From Lama guanicoe (lineage: Eukaryota): a stretch of 64,000 nt of DNA. The notes beneath the pieces are model-generated. The model ran no database searches. It was not told where the DNA came from and saw nothing but the letters and a program-made list of their open reading frames with translations. Within the stretch, counting starts at the first letter, position 1, and every line of letters begins with the position of its first letter. The stretch covers positions 808,001 to 872,000 of the forward strand of contig MU053504.1 of assembly GCA_013239625.1 (NCBI GenBank), given 5' to 3'. The translations under genes were made by a program, and so were the position numbers. This document shows, in pieces, positions 11,373-24,392 of this stretch.

Positions 11373-12689
11373 GAAGATGATTCCATCGATGCACAATGTT
11401 TGTTTATGACATACATGTTTTGTTATGCCAGTGCAGATGTAACCATATAGGAAAGACCCGGAAGGATGCCCACAGGCCTACAGCGGTGAAGCAAGAAGGA
11501 GAGAGGGCAGAGGGGCTGCAGGCAGTGTGTGGCCAAGGACCTTTCTTTGTTCACTCCATGCACCGAGGTGTTGCCTGAGACTGACTGACAGTGGAGAACG
11601 TGGTCACGTGGTACTTATGTACTTGTTAAAAAGAGCTCTGAGATAGCGACGCTCTGTCCCATGTAGTAACTGTCCAAGTGTGATGTGCTCACGCCATGTC
11701 CCAGTAAGCCCTCGGGTTGTTATGTTACCCCCGTTTCACAGCGAATCCCATTCTCTGTTCCCCAGAGGGTCCCAGTGCTCCTGCTACACGCCAGGCACTG
11801 TTCTGGGCTCAGAGATGCCAGAGTGAAGAGACAATTCTCTCTTCATGGAGCTTATACTTTTGTGGGGAAGCCAAGCAATAAATGGGCAAATAAAACTTGC
11901 CTGTGGAGCAAGAATGCTCTGAAGGATGTGAAGGAGTGACAGGTGAAAGCGGGAGAGCAGGGAAGGCAGCGGAGGAGGAGCTACAGTTGAAGGAGGGAGA
12001 TCAGGAAAATCTTCACTGGGAAGAAGCGAAGACCTGAGGGGCCAGTGAGGAAGTCAGGTGGATCCCTGTGGGCAAAGGCAAGTGCAAAGGCCCTGGGGCG
12101 GAAGTGCCCCATCCCTGGCATCCTGGAGCCCTAGCCAGGAGGCCACTGTGGCTGGGGGCACGCTCTGGGGAGGGAGCCTCAGAAAGGTGAAGTAGGGGGG
12201 CGCCCATCGGACTGCAAAGTCAGGGTTTTAACCACAAATGGCCTGATGCTGGTTCTGGGCAGGAGGCTGGAGAGGCTGAGCACGTTTGGGGTGCCAGGAC
12301 TGCACCAGGCGTGTTGGGGAATCACGGGGGTGAAGCCCCCTTCTCCTGGGGCTCCCGCTCCAATGGAGAGGGGAGAGGAGCCAGTGGGAAATTGGCAGAG
12401 AGCCAGGCAGACTTTATAAGAATTGCAAGACTGTAGTGTTCATGTCTATGTGTGTTGAGGGGGGCACACGTGTGTTTGCATGAGCGCACGTGCTCCGGAG
12501 CGGCTGGGCAGAGGTCTCGAGTTGGACGGTGGTTAACACACACCCAGGTGAGTGGGAAGGAGAGGACATCCTTGTCTTGCTCTCATGTTCCTGCATCCTG
12601 GGAGGGCCCCATGTGCATCGGGGGCACAGATCTGGGTCCGCACATCTAAAACAAGAAGTGTGTCATTGCACCTGTGTCTGTGTGTGTGC

Positions 12690-12930
12690 GGTGGTTAAGA
12701 GCTCTGTCTCTGTGGTGTGGCTCCCTGGGTTGGAATCCAGGGGCTGCCGCTTATTTGGTACGACCTTGGCAGATGACCTAACCCCTCTTGGCCTCACTTT
12801 CCCCATCAGTAAAATAGGAATATTTCTAAGACGTACCTCATAAGGTTGTTGTGAGGATGAAATAAATTACTGTATGTGGAATGCTTGGAACAGCACCCGG
12901 CACATGTGAAGAAAAATGTGTGAGCTGTGG
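12690..12930 (+). mobile_element. MIR SINE, near full length
   Basis: gtggttaagagc head, core cctcactttccccatcagtaaaatagg, tail acctcataaggttgttgtgaggatgaaat. Confidence 0.85.
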
Positions 12931-13379
12931 TTACATTAGGGCTCTGTCTGCATGTGTGTGTCTGTCTGTCTGAGTGCACATCCATTCTGTGTATCTGTCC
13001 AGGGGCACAGCCTCAGTCTTATCCCCATGTTTGCAACACTACTGTCCTCTCTGGCCAATGAGAGCAAACGTGCTGGCTGGCGTAGGGGCTGGGTGGGGCG
13101 GGCAGGAGGGGGCTCCCGCCACGGCCTGGCCAGCTGGACTTTTCACAGCCCAGTGACTCTGTTCCTCTGAGCGGCCAAGCGGTTAGACAGGTGAGCAAAA
13201 GAGGGGCCCCTCCTCTGGGCTGCCCCAGGCCTGTGCTGGAGCCATCTCTAGTCCTGACCACAGGGAATGATCTTACATGTCTGATGCCCCTCAGGACTGG
13301 GGGACCTCAGAGGGTAAGGTCATGTGTGAGCCACCTCTGTGTCCCCACGTCACAGCGTTCGCTGTTAGTGACAGCTGGC

Positions 13380-13580
13380 GCTTACTGAGAGCTGGCTGAG
13401 TGTCAGGCCCTGTACACACACATGGCCTAATTCTCTGTATCTTCACATCAGTGTATTGAGATAGGTCCTCCCATTATTCCCACTTGACAGATGGGGAAAT
13501 TGAGGCACAGAGCAATGAATTGCTTACTAAAATCACACAGCTGGTAAGTGGAGGGTCCAGAATTCAAACCAGGCTGTCTG
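13380..13580 (-). mobile_element. MIR SINE
   Basis: cccacttgacagatggggaaattgaggcacagag...atcacacagctggtaagtgg is the reverse MIR core. Confidence 0.85.
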
Positions 13581-14199
13581 GTTGGATTGCGGGTCCACAA
13601 GCTGCAATCTTTTATCATGTCTCTTTTACTGAGTTCAACTTACTAAATAAGTATATGTTAAATGAGTGAATCAATGAATGAGAGACAAAAGAATGAAATG
13701 TGGGGTGCAGTGAGGAGGCTAAGAGAAAGGTGGGTAGTGATCCTGGCAGAGGAGGGGACCAGCTTGGTGTCCGGCTGGGAAGCCCTGGGGATGGGACGGG
13801 AGGGTGGATGGGACCAGATGGTGGGGTCTCAAAGGTCAAGCAGAGGGGTTTGAATCTGAGCTGGCTCCACTATTCAGAGACCTGGCCACAGTGAAGTGCC
13901 ATGGGGATAGGCCACCTGGACTTTCTTTGTGGATAAATTTGTGAGCTGAGTCCAGGCCTCTGGGAGAGCACATGGCTAAAGGCGGAGTAACAGTTGATTG
14001 GAACGAAAGTCCTGCTGTCAGTCTGCAGTTGGAACCCCAGTGCCCTTGCTTCCTGCCCAGGGGACCTCGGGACAAGTCACCTCCTGTTATTGAGCTTCAA
14101 GTTTCTCATCTGCATCAACTTGTTGAAGAGATAGAAGTCCTTAGCCTAATGCCTTACACAATAAATGTACTCAATAAATGATCATTTACCAGCAAGGAC

Positions 14200-14435
14200 A
14201 TTAAAATAACTTAAACAATCTAATGGGAAAAGTAGACAACATGCATAAACAGGTGGGGAGTTTAGGAAGAGAGAAGGACACTATTTTTAAGAAGGAGCTG
14301 ACCACACTAGAAAAGAAAAACATGACATCAGAGAGGAAGAACTCTTCTGATGAGATTATCAGCAGACTACACCCAGGAGAGAAAAGGGAACTTGGTGATG
14401 GGTCAAGAGAAATTCTCCAAACTGGAAATAAAAAT
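14200..14435 (+). mobile_element. Ancient LINE-1 ORF1 coiled-coil fragment
   Basis: ORF 14223-14441 (KKELTTLEKKNMTSERKNSSDEIISRL...ELGDGSREILQT) resembles the L1 ORF1p heptad region; A-rich plus strand. Confidence 0.65.
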
Positions 14436-14514
14436 TCATAGTGCAGGCTTCCTAGATTTGCTAAGACGGTTGAAGACCAGTGTCAGACACGTGATGCAAA
14501 GTGGTGCTTTTTTT

Positions 14515-15260
14515 CACTTGTTTAACAAATATATATTGAGCTCCTAACATGCACCAGACAGTGTTTTCCCACTGGGATCTCAACAGTGATCCAGATGACA
14601 AAGGTCCCTGCAATCACGGAGCACACACCAAAGGGGAGACTCAGACTAGCAAATAAATAAAACTTATAGTCTATTATGTGGTGATATGGCCTGTAGATAG
14701 GGTTGGCAGGGAGCCCTCAATAAGAAGATGACATTTGAACAAAACTCTAAAGGAAGTAAGGAGGAAACCATGTGATTATCTGAAGGAGCATTCCAGGCAG
14801 AATGGATGGCTAGTGCAAAGGTCCTGAGGCAGGAATGCTCACAGCCAGTTGGTGGAAAGGCCAGAAGGCCAGGATGACTAGAGCTGAGTGATGGAGAATG
14901 ATGGGAAATAAGACCAGAGAGATAAATGGGAGGTGAGGGGCACCAGGTGATGGGTCAAGGACTAGACAATTAGGCAGGCATGCCCCAGATAATCATGCTG
15001 GGATTTTTAGTTCAACAGTGAGTAAGATGCAATCTCTGGGAGATTTTGATCAGAAGAGGGGCAGGCTCCCTCTGGTTGCTATGTGGAGAATGGACTGGAG
15101 AGGGCCAGGGGGAAGCAGGGAGGCCAGTAGGAGGTCTCCAGTCACTGTCCAGGTGAGATTAGGGCACCTGGAATGAAGGTGATGGCAGGGGAGGCATTGG
15201 CAGGTTCTAGGTTTGTGGTGCATTTCGAAGGCTGGGTGATGTCAGGAGAGTTGTAACTGC
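14515..15260 (-). mobile_element. LINE-2 fragment
   Basis: aacaaatatatattgagctcctaac start; gcattccaggcaga...agtgcaaaggtcctgaggcagga L2 signature. Confidence 0.8.
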
Positions 15261-17499
15261 TCTTGTTGCTGTTATTGGAGCTAACCAGCCACCGCCCCCC
15301 ACCCCCTACCCAAGCTTTCTCAGGGAGTCCCCACCCGAACAAGCAGGAGCCAAGGTGCCCAGCCGGCCCCTTCTGCCAGGGGGGTCTCATTGATCTTGTT
15401 GGGTGGCCAGCTGCCAAGAGCCATCCCCCGACACTGGGATGCTGGGTGCATCAGGCTCCTTGTCCTCCAGGCAGCCCCGGGCGGGAGGCAGGCTGAGGTC
15501 TGCTCCACACAGCCCTCACTCCGCAGCTGCAAGGCTGAGTGGTTTACTGAGAATCAGCAAAGGTCAACAGCAGGTTCTGAAGAAGCTAGTACCTACAACG
15601 CCTGGCAGCCCCCTCTCCCCCAAAACCCTCATGAAGAGAGGAGGTGGGCAACCTCTCCCAGACACCGCAACACACTTGATTGCCAGGCCCCTCCCGCTCC
15701 TCCTCCACCTCACTGCTCAGTCTGGCACTGCTCCGCCTGGCTGGCTGTCACCGGCCCCTTGCTGGTGCCTCTTGTATCCATCTCACCTTTTTCCCCTCCA
15801 CCCCCCTAAGGGCAGGAGACGGGCCCTTCTGAAAAATACAGCAACAGCGTGGGATCCTCTTCCACCGTCTATAACCGGCAAACTCCCTTTCATCCATCCT
15901 TCTCCAGAAGGTCTTCCTCAGTCACCCCGCCGCTGGGCTCTCCTGGCTCCCACAGCCCCTGTGCTCCTTCCCCTTTATTCCACGCACGCTGTATTACAAG
16001 GACTAGACAAATAGGCAGGCGTGCCCCGCCCCACTGTCCACGGCAGACATCACTAACAGTCAGGGCCCTCCTCCTCACCGAGCCTGGATGTGGGCTCAGG
16101 ATGACAGCATTCTAGGACTACCAGTGCTAGAAAGAGGTGAACAGTTAGGTTAAAACTTTTTATTTCATCTCCAATTGCCTGTTAATTATATGTACCACAC
16201 ACACACACACGCACACACACACACGCATGCCCGCACCAGCACCTTTAGACAATTGTTTCCAGGAGGGCAGGGTTAAGTATGCTATCCATTGCTCTAGGAT
16301 ACCACAGAGAGCTTGGCACTAAGGAAGTGCTCACCAAAGCCTAAGCCCTGGGGACAGCTGGGAAGAACGTCGCTGACAAACTGGCCCTCTCCCCACATTT
16401 CAGATGAGACAACTGAGGTCTGGAGAGAAGACATCTGCCCAAAGCTACCTGGAAAGACAAGTAGTGCCACCCAGGACTCGAACCCCATTCGCCTCCACCT
16501 CCCCTGCCCATCTGAAGCTCTCTGCGCTACACTGAGCTTCCTGGAATTTCCCTTGCACTAAATTCCAATTAGCATGTGTGTCTGACCTATTTGACATTGG
16601 GCGTCCCTCAGAGGAAACTCACAAACCATTTGGGGAAAATTTGGGGAACTGAAACCTTTACTGTCTCTGACTCTCCTCTCAACTCTATCTACATTAACTA
16701 TTAAGTTCCATGTCATGTTAAAAGCCAAGGTCTACAGAGTAGGGGTGAGTGGACTGCATGTCCCATGATAAAATCACTCTGCAGACAGTATGTTCTGGAA
16801 ACGTTGTGTGAGATCTTCCCCTTGTAAAGCTTCACCTTCCACATTAGCATATACATAAAAGATTCTAACTCAAAGAAAAAAAAAAGCTTGTCAAACTTTG
16901 CTTAATCTGGTTCTTCAAACTTATTCAACCACCAACGTTTTTTTTCAAAGTTCCTGTTTGCATCTCTGTTGGTTGCAATTCTTTTAGTTGCATCAGAAAA
17001 CTCAATTGAGCTCATTTTTACAAGGAGACTATGTTAGCTTTTGTGACTGAAAAGTCTGGCAGTCATGAGGCCTTATGTATAGTTAGATCAAGGCCTTAGC
17101 TCCATTTCCTGGGAATTTCCCTTGGATCTCTATTTCCTCCCCTGTGCGTTTGTCAGCTTCATCTTCAGTTTTGCTTCCCTCATGGCAACAAAATGGCTGC
17201 TGCAGTTCTAGGCATCACATCTGAGCACCCCAATGCACAGAGGAGCAGCCTTCTCTTCTCCCATTATGGACTGGATGTCCTTGCCCTCTGTAGACCCAGT
17301 ATTCATCCCTGAGCCAATCACCGGGCAAGAAGAATGGGTATCAGCCAATGAGAATCCACCCCAGGGATGAAATAACATCTTCCACAAAGCCCATGGCAAT
17401 GTCCTCTCCCTATTAACATTCATCCCACCTACTTCCACCCCGCTTTTCCCTGCTAAGAAAACTTTGATTGTTTCCATGGCACTGGTGATCCACTGATCT

Positions 17500-17968
17500 C
17501 AAGAAGGGTAGGCCCCCACCTGAGGCCTGGGGGTGAATCTTCATTGTTCCAAAGGCCATGTACTCTTATCCCTCTTCAGCAGCAGTTGGTTCAGGAATAG
17601 TCATATGACTTAGTTCTGGCTCATGAGATGCAAGCAAAAATCTGCTGGATGGAGCTGCTAGGGAAGTTTTCCCCTTATTAATGTAAAGAGGAGACCTGGC
17701 TGGCATGTCCCTTTGCCCCTTTACCACTCCTTCTTCTTCAAACCTAGAATGAGGATTTGATACCTGGAGGTGTGGCAGCCATCTTGGGACCATGAGGCAA
17801 TGACTATGAAAACAAATGCCACTGTGCCAGAGATGGCAGAAGGGAAAGATGGAGTCTGAGGCCTAGACAGCATCGTCGGGCAGCTGCGCATACCCTGGAC
17901 TGCTATCTTATGTAAAAAATTAGAAATTAGTTATTTGTTTAAGCCAAAGGCATTCCTAACTGACACAA
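17500..17968 (+). mobile_element. MaLR solo LTR (old MLT1); another old LTR fragment lies at ~16960-17450
   Basis: ggttcaggaatagtcatatgacttagttctggc, cctggaggtgtggcagccatcttgggaccatgagg, and 3' end tgtttaagcca...cattcctaactgacaca. Confidence 0.75.
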
Positions 17969-18435
17969 AGCCAAGTTATTTTTTGCAAATTAGGACTTGT
18001 AAGAGCATAGAGACACAGCCTTGGAGACACAGCTCAAGTTTCATTGAGTCCCAGATACTTTTCTTAAATACATTCTGCTCTAGGGTTGTTTGTGAGAAAG
18101 CAGGTCATCCAAGTCTTCACATCCACTCCAGCAGGGAGCTGAGTGTTCCCTGTGTTGAGTGGGGTGTCAGGAGCTGTGAAGCAGCAGAAGGGGGCCGCTG
18201 CTTTATCCACTGCCATCACAGGGTGTCCCTGGGTTGCTTTGGGGCTTATTTCAGAGGTTTTAGTGATACCAACACAAAAGCATATTCTTGAATCCAGATA
18301 CCAGCTGGGGTTGAACAAAATCTATCCACAGCCTCAAACTCAGCTCCCTCTTCCATTCCAGTCATCTCACTTCTAGAATCTCTCCCTAGTAAAAAAAACC
18401 CCAAATAAGAGGAGAAAAAGCCAAGAATCTACCAT

Positions 18436-18810
18436 CATAGCTGCATATACAACAGCCAGAAAAACTAGATCAATCTAAATGTCCTAAAACAGTGGACTGA
18501 AGAAGAAACTGATGGAATATTACATGGACATGAAAATGATGTTTACAAAGTTTGTCATAGCAAAGGGAAATATTCATGGTATTTGTTAATGAGAAAGCCA
18601 GCTCCATCATTTTATATATATGGTATGATCTCAATTATATAAATATTGCATTGGAAAAAATATACCAGGAAAAAAATATACTGATGTGTTAGCAGTGATT
18701 GTGCCTGGTTGGGGTATTATGGGTATCTGGGGGGAACTTTTCCTGCTGTTACATATATTTTCCCACTTTGTCTATATGTTCTACTTTTGCAAGCAGAAAG
18801 AATAAAACTG
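18436..18810 (+). mobile_element. Ancient LINE-1 3' end (L1ME-like)
   Basis: caatctaaatgtcc, atggaatatta, atggtatgatctcaatt and gttagcagtgattgtgcctgg resemble L1ME 3' end motifs; ends in aataaaa. Confidence 0.6.
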
Positions 18811-21800
18811 ACTTTTCTTTTTAGAGCTTCCAGGACCCTCTACTGTGTGACATCATTGCTGTTGCCTCCCCTCCAGTAAAAAAGCAGATAATCAAGGGCT
18901 TCCTAGAATGGGTGACTCCTTGCACACTGAGCCAAAATACAAACAGTTTCCAAACCTGACGTATTTGATTAATAGCTTGAAATTCTTTGAACAGGCAAAG
19001 GGAGTGGTGGGAAAAGGGGAAGATCAACACCCTATTTTTAAATGGTGACGTAAGCTCCCAGGAACTAAAGGCAAGAAGAGGTATACGCCATTCCAGGCCT
19101 TATGCAAATCTATGCAAATGAGACCCACTCACCAGCTAAGTGAGAATTCTGGGTCTGAGTTCCCACCTGGAATCCTCACTGAGGGTCTCACGGAGCTGAG
19201 CAAGAAGGGAAGAGGAAGAGAAGGGAAGAGTAATGACCACCATTCACTGAGCACCTACTAAGTGCCCAGCTTGCAAAGCATTTTCACAGCCTGGAGCTCT
19301 TCTGACCCTCACCGTACCTGTGGTGTAGATAAGACCATCATCTCCAGTTTGCAGGTGAATTAAGTGTAGGTTAGAGGGATTTGCCAATTCCAAAGCTGGT
19401 GGTGCTTGTGTATTGCTTTAGCTTTGGGGGGAGGGAGGAGGAAGGGAGGGAGGGTGTGTATAAATAAGCATATGACAGCCCTGGAAAGGTCTGGATGGGG
19501 AGGGTGGGAGAGGAGAAGAGAGATTCAGGCTGCTGGGGGCGCACAGAGCGCAGAGGTCCACAACCTCTCGGTGCAGTGCTGTTAGCCATCCACGTGTGAT
19601 GCAGACACCGACTCAGCACTCTGCCCTACTTGGTTTCTCCTCCTAGCACTTATCACCTCTCTGACTTATTGTACATAAGTGATTGCTTATGGTAAGAAAG
19701 TGTATTCTATGAGAGTGGGAGTTTAGCTTTTGGGTTCACGTCTGTGTTTCTAACACCTGGTACATACTTGATGTTCAAGGCACATGTGTCAAATGAATTA
19801 ATGAATAAATAATGAATCAGTGAATGCATCTCAGCTCCCCCAGGACCAAATTACACAACCTTGAACAATGACCCAATGATAATAATACCGTCATTATTAA
19901 TGGTACATTATTATAACTAACATTTCTGGGCATGTATTCTTACATCCCTTTCCTCATTTAATCCCCACATCAACCATCCAAGGCAGGAAACATAATTATC
20001 CCCGTGAGACCGCTGCAGAGACTGAGGTTCCAAAAAGTCAGGTAAAGTGCCCAGAATCAGAGGGAGTAACCAGCAGAGCCAGGTCTTGAATCAATCATGT
20101 CGGATTCTAGAACATACATCTCTACCCACCACGTGATGCTCCTGGTGGATGCCACCCAGTGAGAGGGCAGGGGCTACACCTGCATTGTTTGTCACTGTAT
20201 TCCCCTTGCCTGGCACCAAGTAACTTGCCCTGGATGAGTATTAGTTAAATAAATCAGCGGTTCACAAAGTGTAGTCCCTGGACCAGCAGCAGCAGCAGCA
20301 TTGGGAAATGGTGAGAAATGTTGGTTCTCGGGTCCCACTGCAGACCTCCTGAATCACACCAATGGGCACATAAGTGTGAGAACCATGGGGATAAATGAAT
20401 GGGGACCTGCAACCTTTTGCCCCGTTCCTGAAGCAGGGCTGATTATCCAGTGGGGTTGTGGTGAGGGTAAAATGAGAATCTCACCCAGCCCTGGACCTGG
20501 CAGGGGTTCAAGCTCTCCTGACTCCCTCCCACACACAATTGGAGGAAAAGTTTTCAGCTCTAATTTCAGGCCTTTGATTTAGGCCTCATCTGGCCAAGAA
20601 GATGCCAGCTTGTCAGAGGGAGCGGGGAGCTGGGAGTGATGGAGTTTGGAGCAGGAGGATCTATTATTAATTACCATGTATCATTGATTAAGAGCCCACA
20701 GGGCACTGCAGCTGTAAGGAGCTGGGGAGAAACTCCACTCCTGCCTGGAGGGGAAAATGATTAGCAACATTATGAAAGGAAATATTCATCCTGTAGCAGC
20801 CCTGAGCAAACACCTCCAGGGGTGGGGAATTTTCCTCTCCCAGGACCTCTCTTCCTGGAGCAGGGAGCCGCCCCCACAGCCTGGAGCAGACTTGTCGGGA
20901 CTGGACAATGGACCAGCTGACCTCTGACCAGCAGGCAAGCATAGCGTGGATGGACAAATTAGTGAGCACACGCTCCTCCACCCAGTTCTAGGGGGTCAAA
21001 GATGCGCGGCTTGGCCTGTGGAGACAGCAGTTCAAGGTGCTGAGATCTTTTCTGGGTTTTTGAAAGATAGAGGCAAACTGGATTTAAATGTGTCCAATTT
21101 CCTAATTTTTAAATCTGGTGAAGACAGATTCGGGGTTGGCAACTTTTCTAGCGACTCAGCTGCTATTGTTGGAGTTAATCCTTTCAACAACCCCATCTCC
21201 ATCTTCTCTACAGAGAAAGTGAGGCTCAGAGTGATCGCTCACCCACGAGTTGGTGGAGTAGCTGGGATCCAAGCCCATACGTGCTTCCTGAGCCCTTGCT
21301 GACTCCACTCGACTGCTCAGGCACCCTGCCCTTGTGTTCCCAAACTCCCTAAAAATATTCCAGAAAGTCTCTCGTTGCCCAGTCCTGGCTACACACATCC
21401 AAACTGTGTCTCACGCCAGATGGAGCACAGAAACCCTTAGTCAGACAGCACATCTAGGTGCTTGGATTTGAACACCTGGCCAGCCCCCTTGACCGCATTC
21501 CTAGAGGTAATTCCTTCCTCCTCCCAGAACCAAGTGCCCAAGAACCAGCTCCACTCTCCCACGGGGCCTGCTCTTGACCTTTGACCTCAGGTTCCAGGAG
21601 CTTCAAATGAGACTGATCCATCATCTCTCACTTTTCATTATGAAACTCTCTTTTCTCTTGCCACTGACTAGGTTCAAGCTCTAAGCAAGACTCTATCCTT
21701 CCCTGGGGCTTGATGTCCCCTCTATGCCGAAGAGGACTCTTTAGACCCAAGAATCAAATTCCTGACCTCATCAGTTCTATGATGGAGCCACTGACCAAAT

Positions 21801-23959
21801 CCTAAACTCTGGAGCAAGAAGACAAACTTCAGAGACGGTGATGAGGAGGAGGAGGATGGTGACAATACCAAGTACCAACTAACACTGTTTTGATGCTATT
21901 CTGTGCCAGGCACTTAATGTGGATGGTCTTGTTTGATCCTCAGGCCAACCCTACATATAAGGTGGTATTGTAAGTGCCATTTCATAGAAGATGAGATTAA
22001 GTCTCAGGGTGGGAAATGACTCCAGAACACATGATCTGAGCCACCACCTTGAGGTCCACCCTGCATCCTCTCCCATGGCCCAAAAACATGAGGCTTCTGG
22101 GCCCCTTCTAAATCTCTCCATCCGTAATCCAGGCCACACCAGGTCCCTGGAGGCTGAGTAAGTGGCTCTGTTTGCCAGGAAACCATTTTGAGCCCTGAGG
22201 ACTTATTAAGGAGTCCAAGAGCCTGGGGACAAGATTTCAAACTGGTACAGCTGACTACTGAGCCCCAGAGAGGGAGTGAGCTCCCCATCCCTGCCAGTGT
22301 GCAAGCTGAGAACAGGCAATGAATTTGAGAGAATGTTGTAGCAGAGATTCCAACATCAGATGGGGAGGCAGAGAGGATGAGCAAAATCCGTGGCTTTCTG
22401 GGAGAAAACACTAGTTTTCTGTTTTCTCAGGGGAGCCAGGCCGCCTGGGCTCAGATCTTACTTTGCTGGGTGACCTTGGGAGAGTTACTGAACTTCTTTT
22501 TGCTCAATACCCTTGCCTTTAAAAGGGAACTAGTACTGGAACCTACCTCACCACCTTGCTGTCAGATTACACAAATTAATATGTGTGAAACAGTAAGCAG
22601 AGTGCCTGGCACACGGGACGTCTAAAGCGTTAGCGATTACTTTCAAACTTTTAATTTTAACTTTCGAGTGCTGCCTTCCCTTCAAACCTCAGTGGATGCC
22701 AATACAAGAAATAGATCAGAGAGAAGCTGCCTGCCTGAGAAGGTGGGGGCCGGGGGCCCAAGAGCCCTGTCAAATCCTTCCCCTTCCCAAACAGGCAACA
22801 CCACTTCAAGGATCAGCAGGGCCCGTGTGATGACCACCGCTTCTGCCCCAGCAGGCCCACCACCCCAGAGGCTCAGAAATGCTCCTGGCCAATAAAATCC
22901 AGTCTGCCGAGGCCTCTCAACATGATGGGTTCAGTTGTCCCATTTCACAGATGGGGAAAAAGAGGCCCAGAGAGGGGTGGGAGCTTGCTGAGGTCATAGC
23001 CGGTGGAGGGACAAATGCCCCCAGGAGGGCAGAGTGGCTCCTCATCCCCCTCCCCGGACAAAAAGAGCCTTGATGACATGCCCTCCCCAGGACAGAGCCT
23101 CCCCCTGCAGGGAAACTGGCTCAGAGGACAGCTACCCTGCTGGGAAGTCAGTAAGAGGAAGTACTTTTTAGAGAAGGAAAGAGGGTGGCAGGAGCCTGAG
23201 AATGCAAGGGGTCTGAGAAGCTGGGGGTGGGGTGACTCAGGCCTCCCAGAGGCCGTGAGAGACATACGGCCTGGCAGAGAGGGGCCTGGAATCAGTAAAC
23301 CTAGAAGAGCCCCCACATTTGCCAAGATCCCTCCTCCCGGGGACCACAGCAAGACCCAGTCGCAGGGGAGGGGTGACCATAGGCTGCCTGAGGTGTGGTG
23401 TCTGAGGGGATCCTGTCTGAGTCCCATCAGGGAAGCCTGAACCGACCACCGGGTTCCAGACCCTCATGACACAGAGCGGACACCAGCCCAGAGAGGGGCA
23501 GCGGCTTAGCCAAAGTTGCCCAGCAGGTGGGGGCAGAGCTGAGACCAGCCCTCAGATATTTGGGGCCTAATTGTTTTCACTGGCACCAGAGCCTTATCCT
23601 AGGAAACATAGTCATAACAACAACAGCAACTATAATTTAAGAGGTACATTTCTGGGGGGAATGCTTCCTATAGGACGGGCACAATTCTAAGTCCTCATAA
23701 AACAAACCAGTGGGGAAGGACCATGAGCCCCACGAGACACATGGAAGTAACAGAAGCTGCCTGAGACCACACCGTTGGCACTCTGTGGGGTGGGAAGGAC
23801 ACAACCCACATTCTGATCACTACTCTATCCACGGGGACAGGACCTCACCGGAAGAAGTTCAAGCAATTGTGAGCCTGGGTGCAAGGAACTTCAAGGTTTG
23901 GGGAACCATTTTAGAGCTGTTGAAATCATGTGTGGGCAGCTACTTTCCACTCAGAAAAT

Positions 23960-24392
23960 AGCTCCTCTTACACTTGCTAGAAAAAACACCCCAGAAAACT
24001 AATCTTCCCAGCTTCCTTTTGGACTAGGAGTAGCGTGCGACACTGATCTGGCCGATAGATTGAGGTGGAATCCCAGAGACAGCATTCCTCCACAATTAGA
24101 AGGCCGTTTCCTTGGCACTTATCCCTTCTCCCTTTTGCCTACTTGCAACAAAGACGCAAGGGCTGAGTCGTGGCAGTCATCTTGGAACCATGAGGCACTA
24201 GGAATGAGGACAAAGATGGCAAAGACACTGGCAAGCAGAGCCTGGTTCCCAGTGGCATCAGTGAGAGCCACTTTAGTCCCAGTGGCCTTCCCTGGACTTC
24301 TTGCTGCATGGGACAATAAGTATAACTGGGTTATGCCTCAACAGTAAGGATCCTGTGATTTGTGGCTGAGGGTGTTCCTCTCCTTCCTAACA
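23960..24392 (+). mobile_element. MaLR solo LTR (old MLT1)
   Basis: ttcccagcttcctttt...ctggccgatagattgaggtggaa...ggcagtcatcttggaaccatgagg...cctggacttcttg. Confidence 0.65.
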
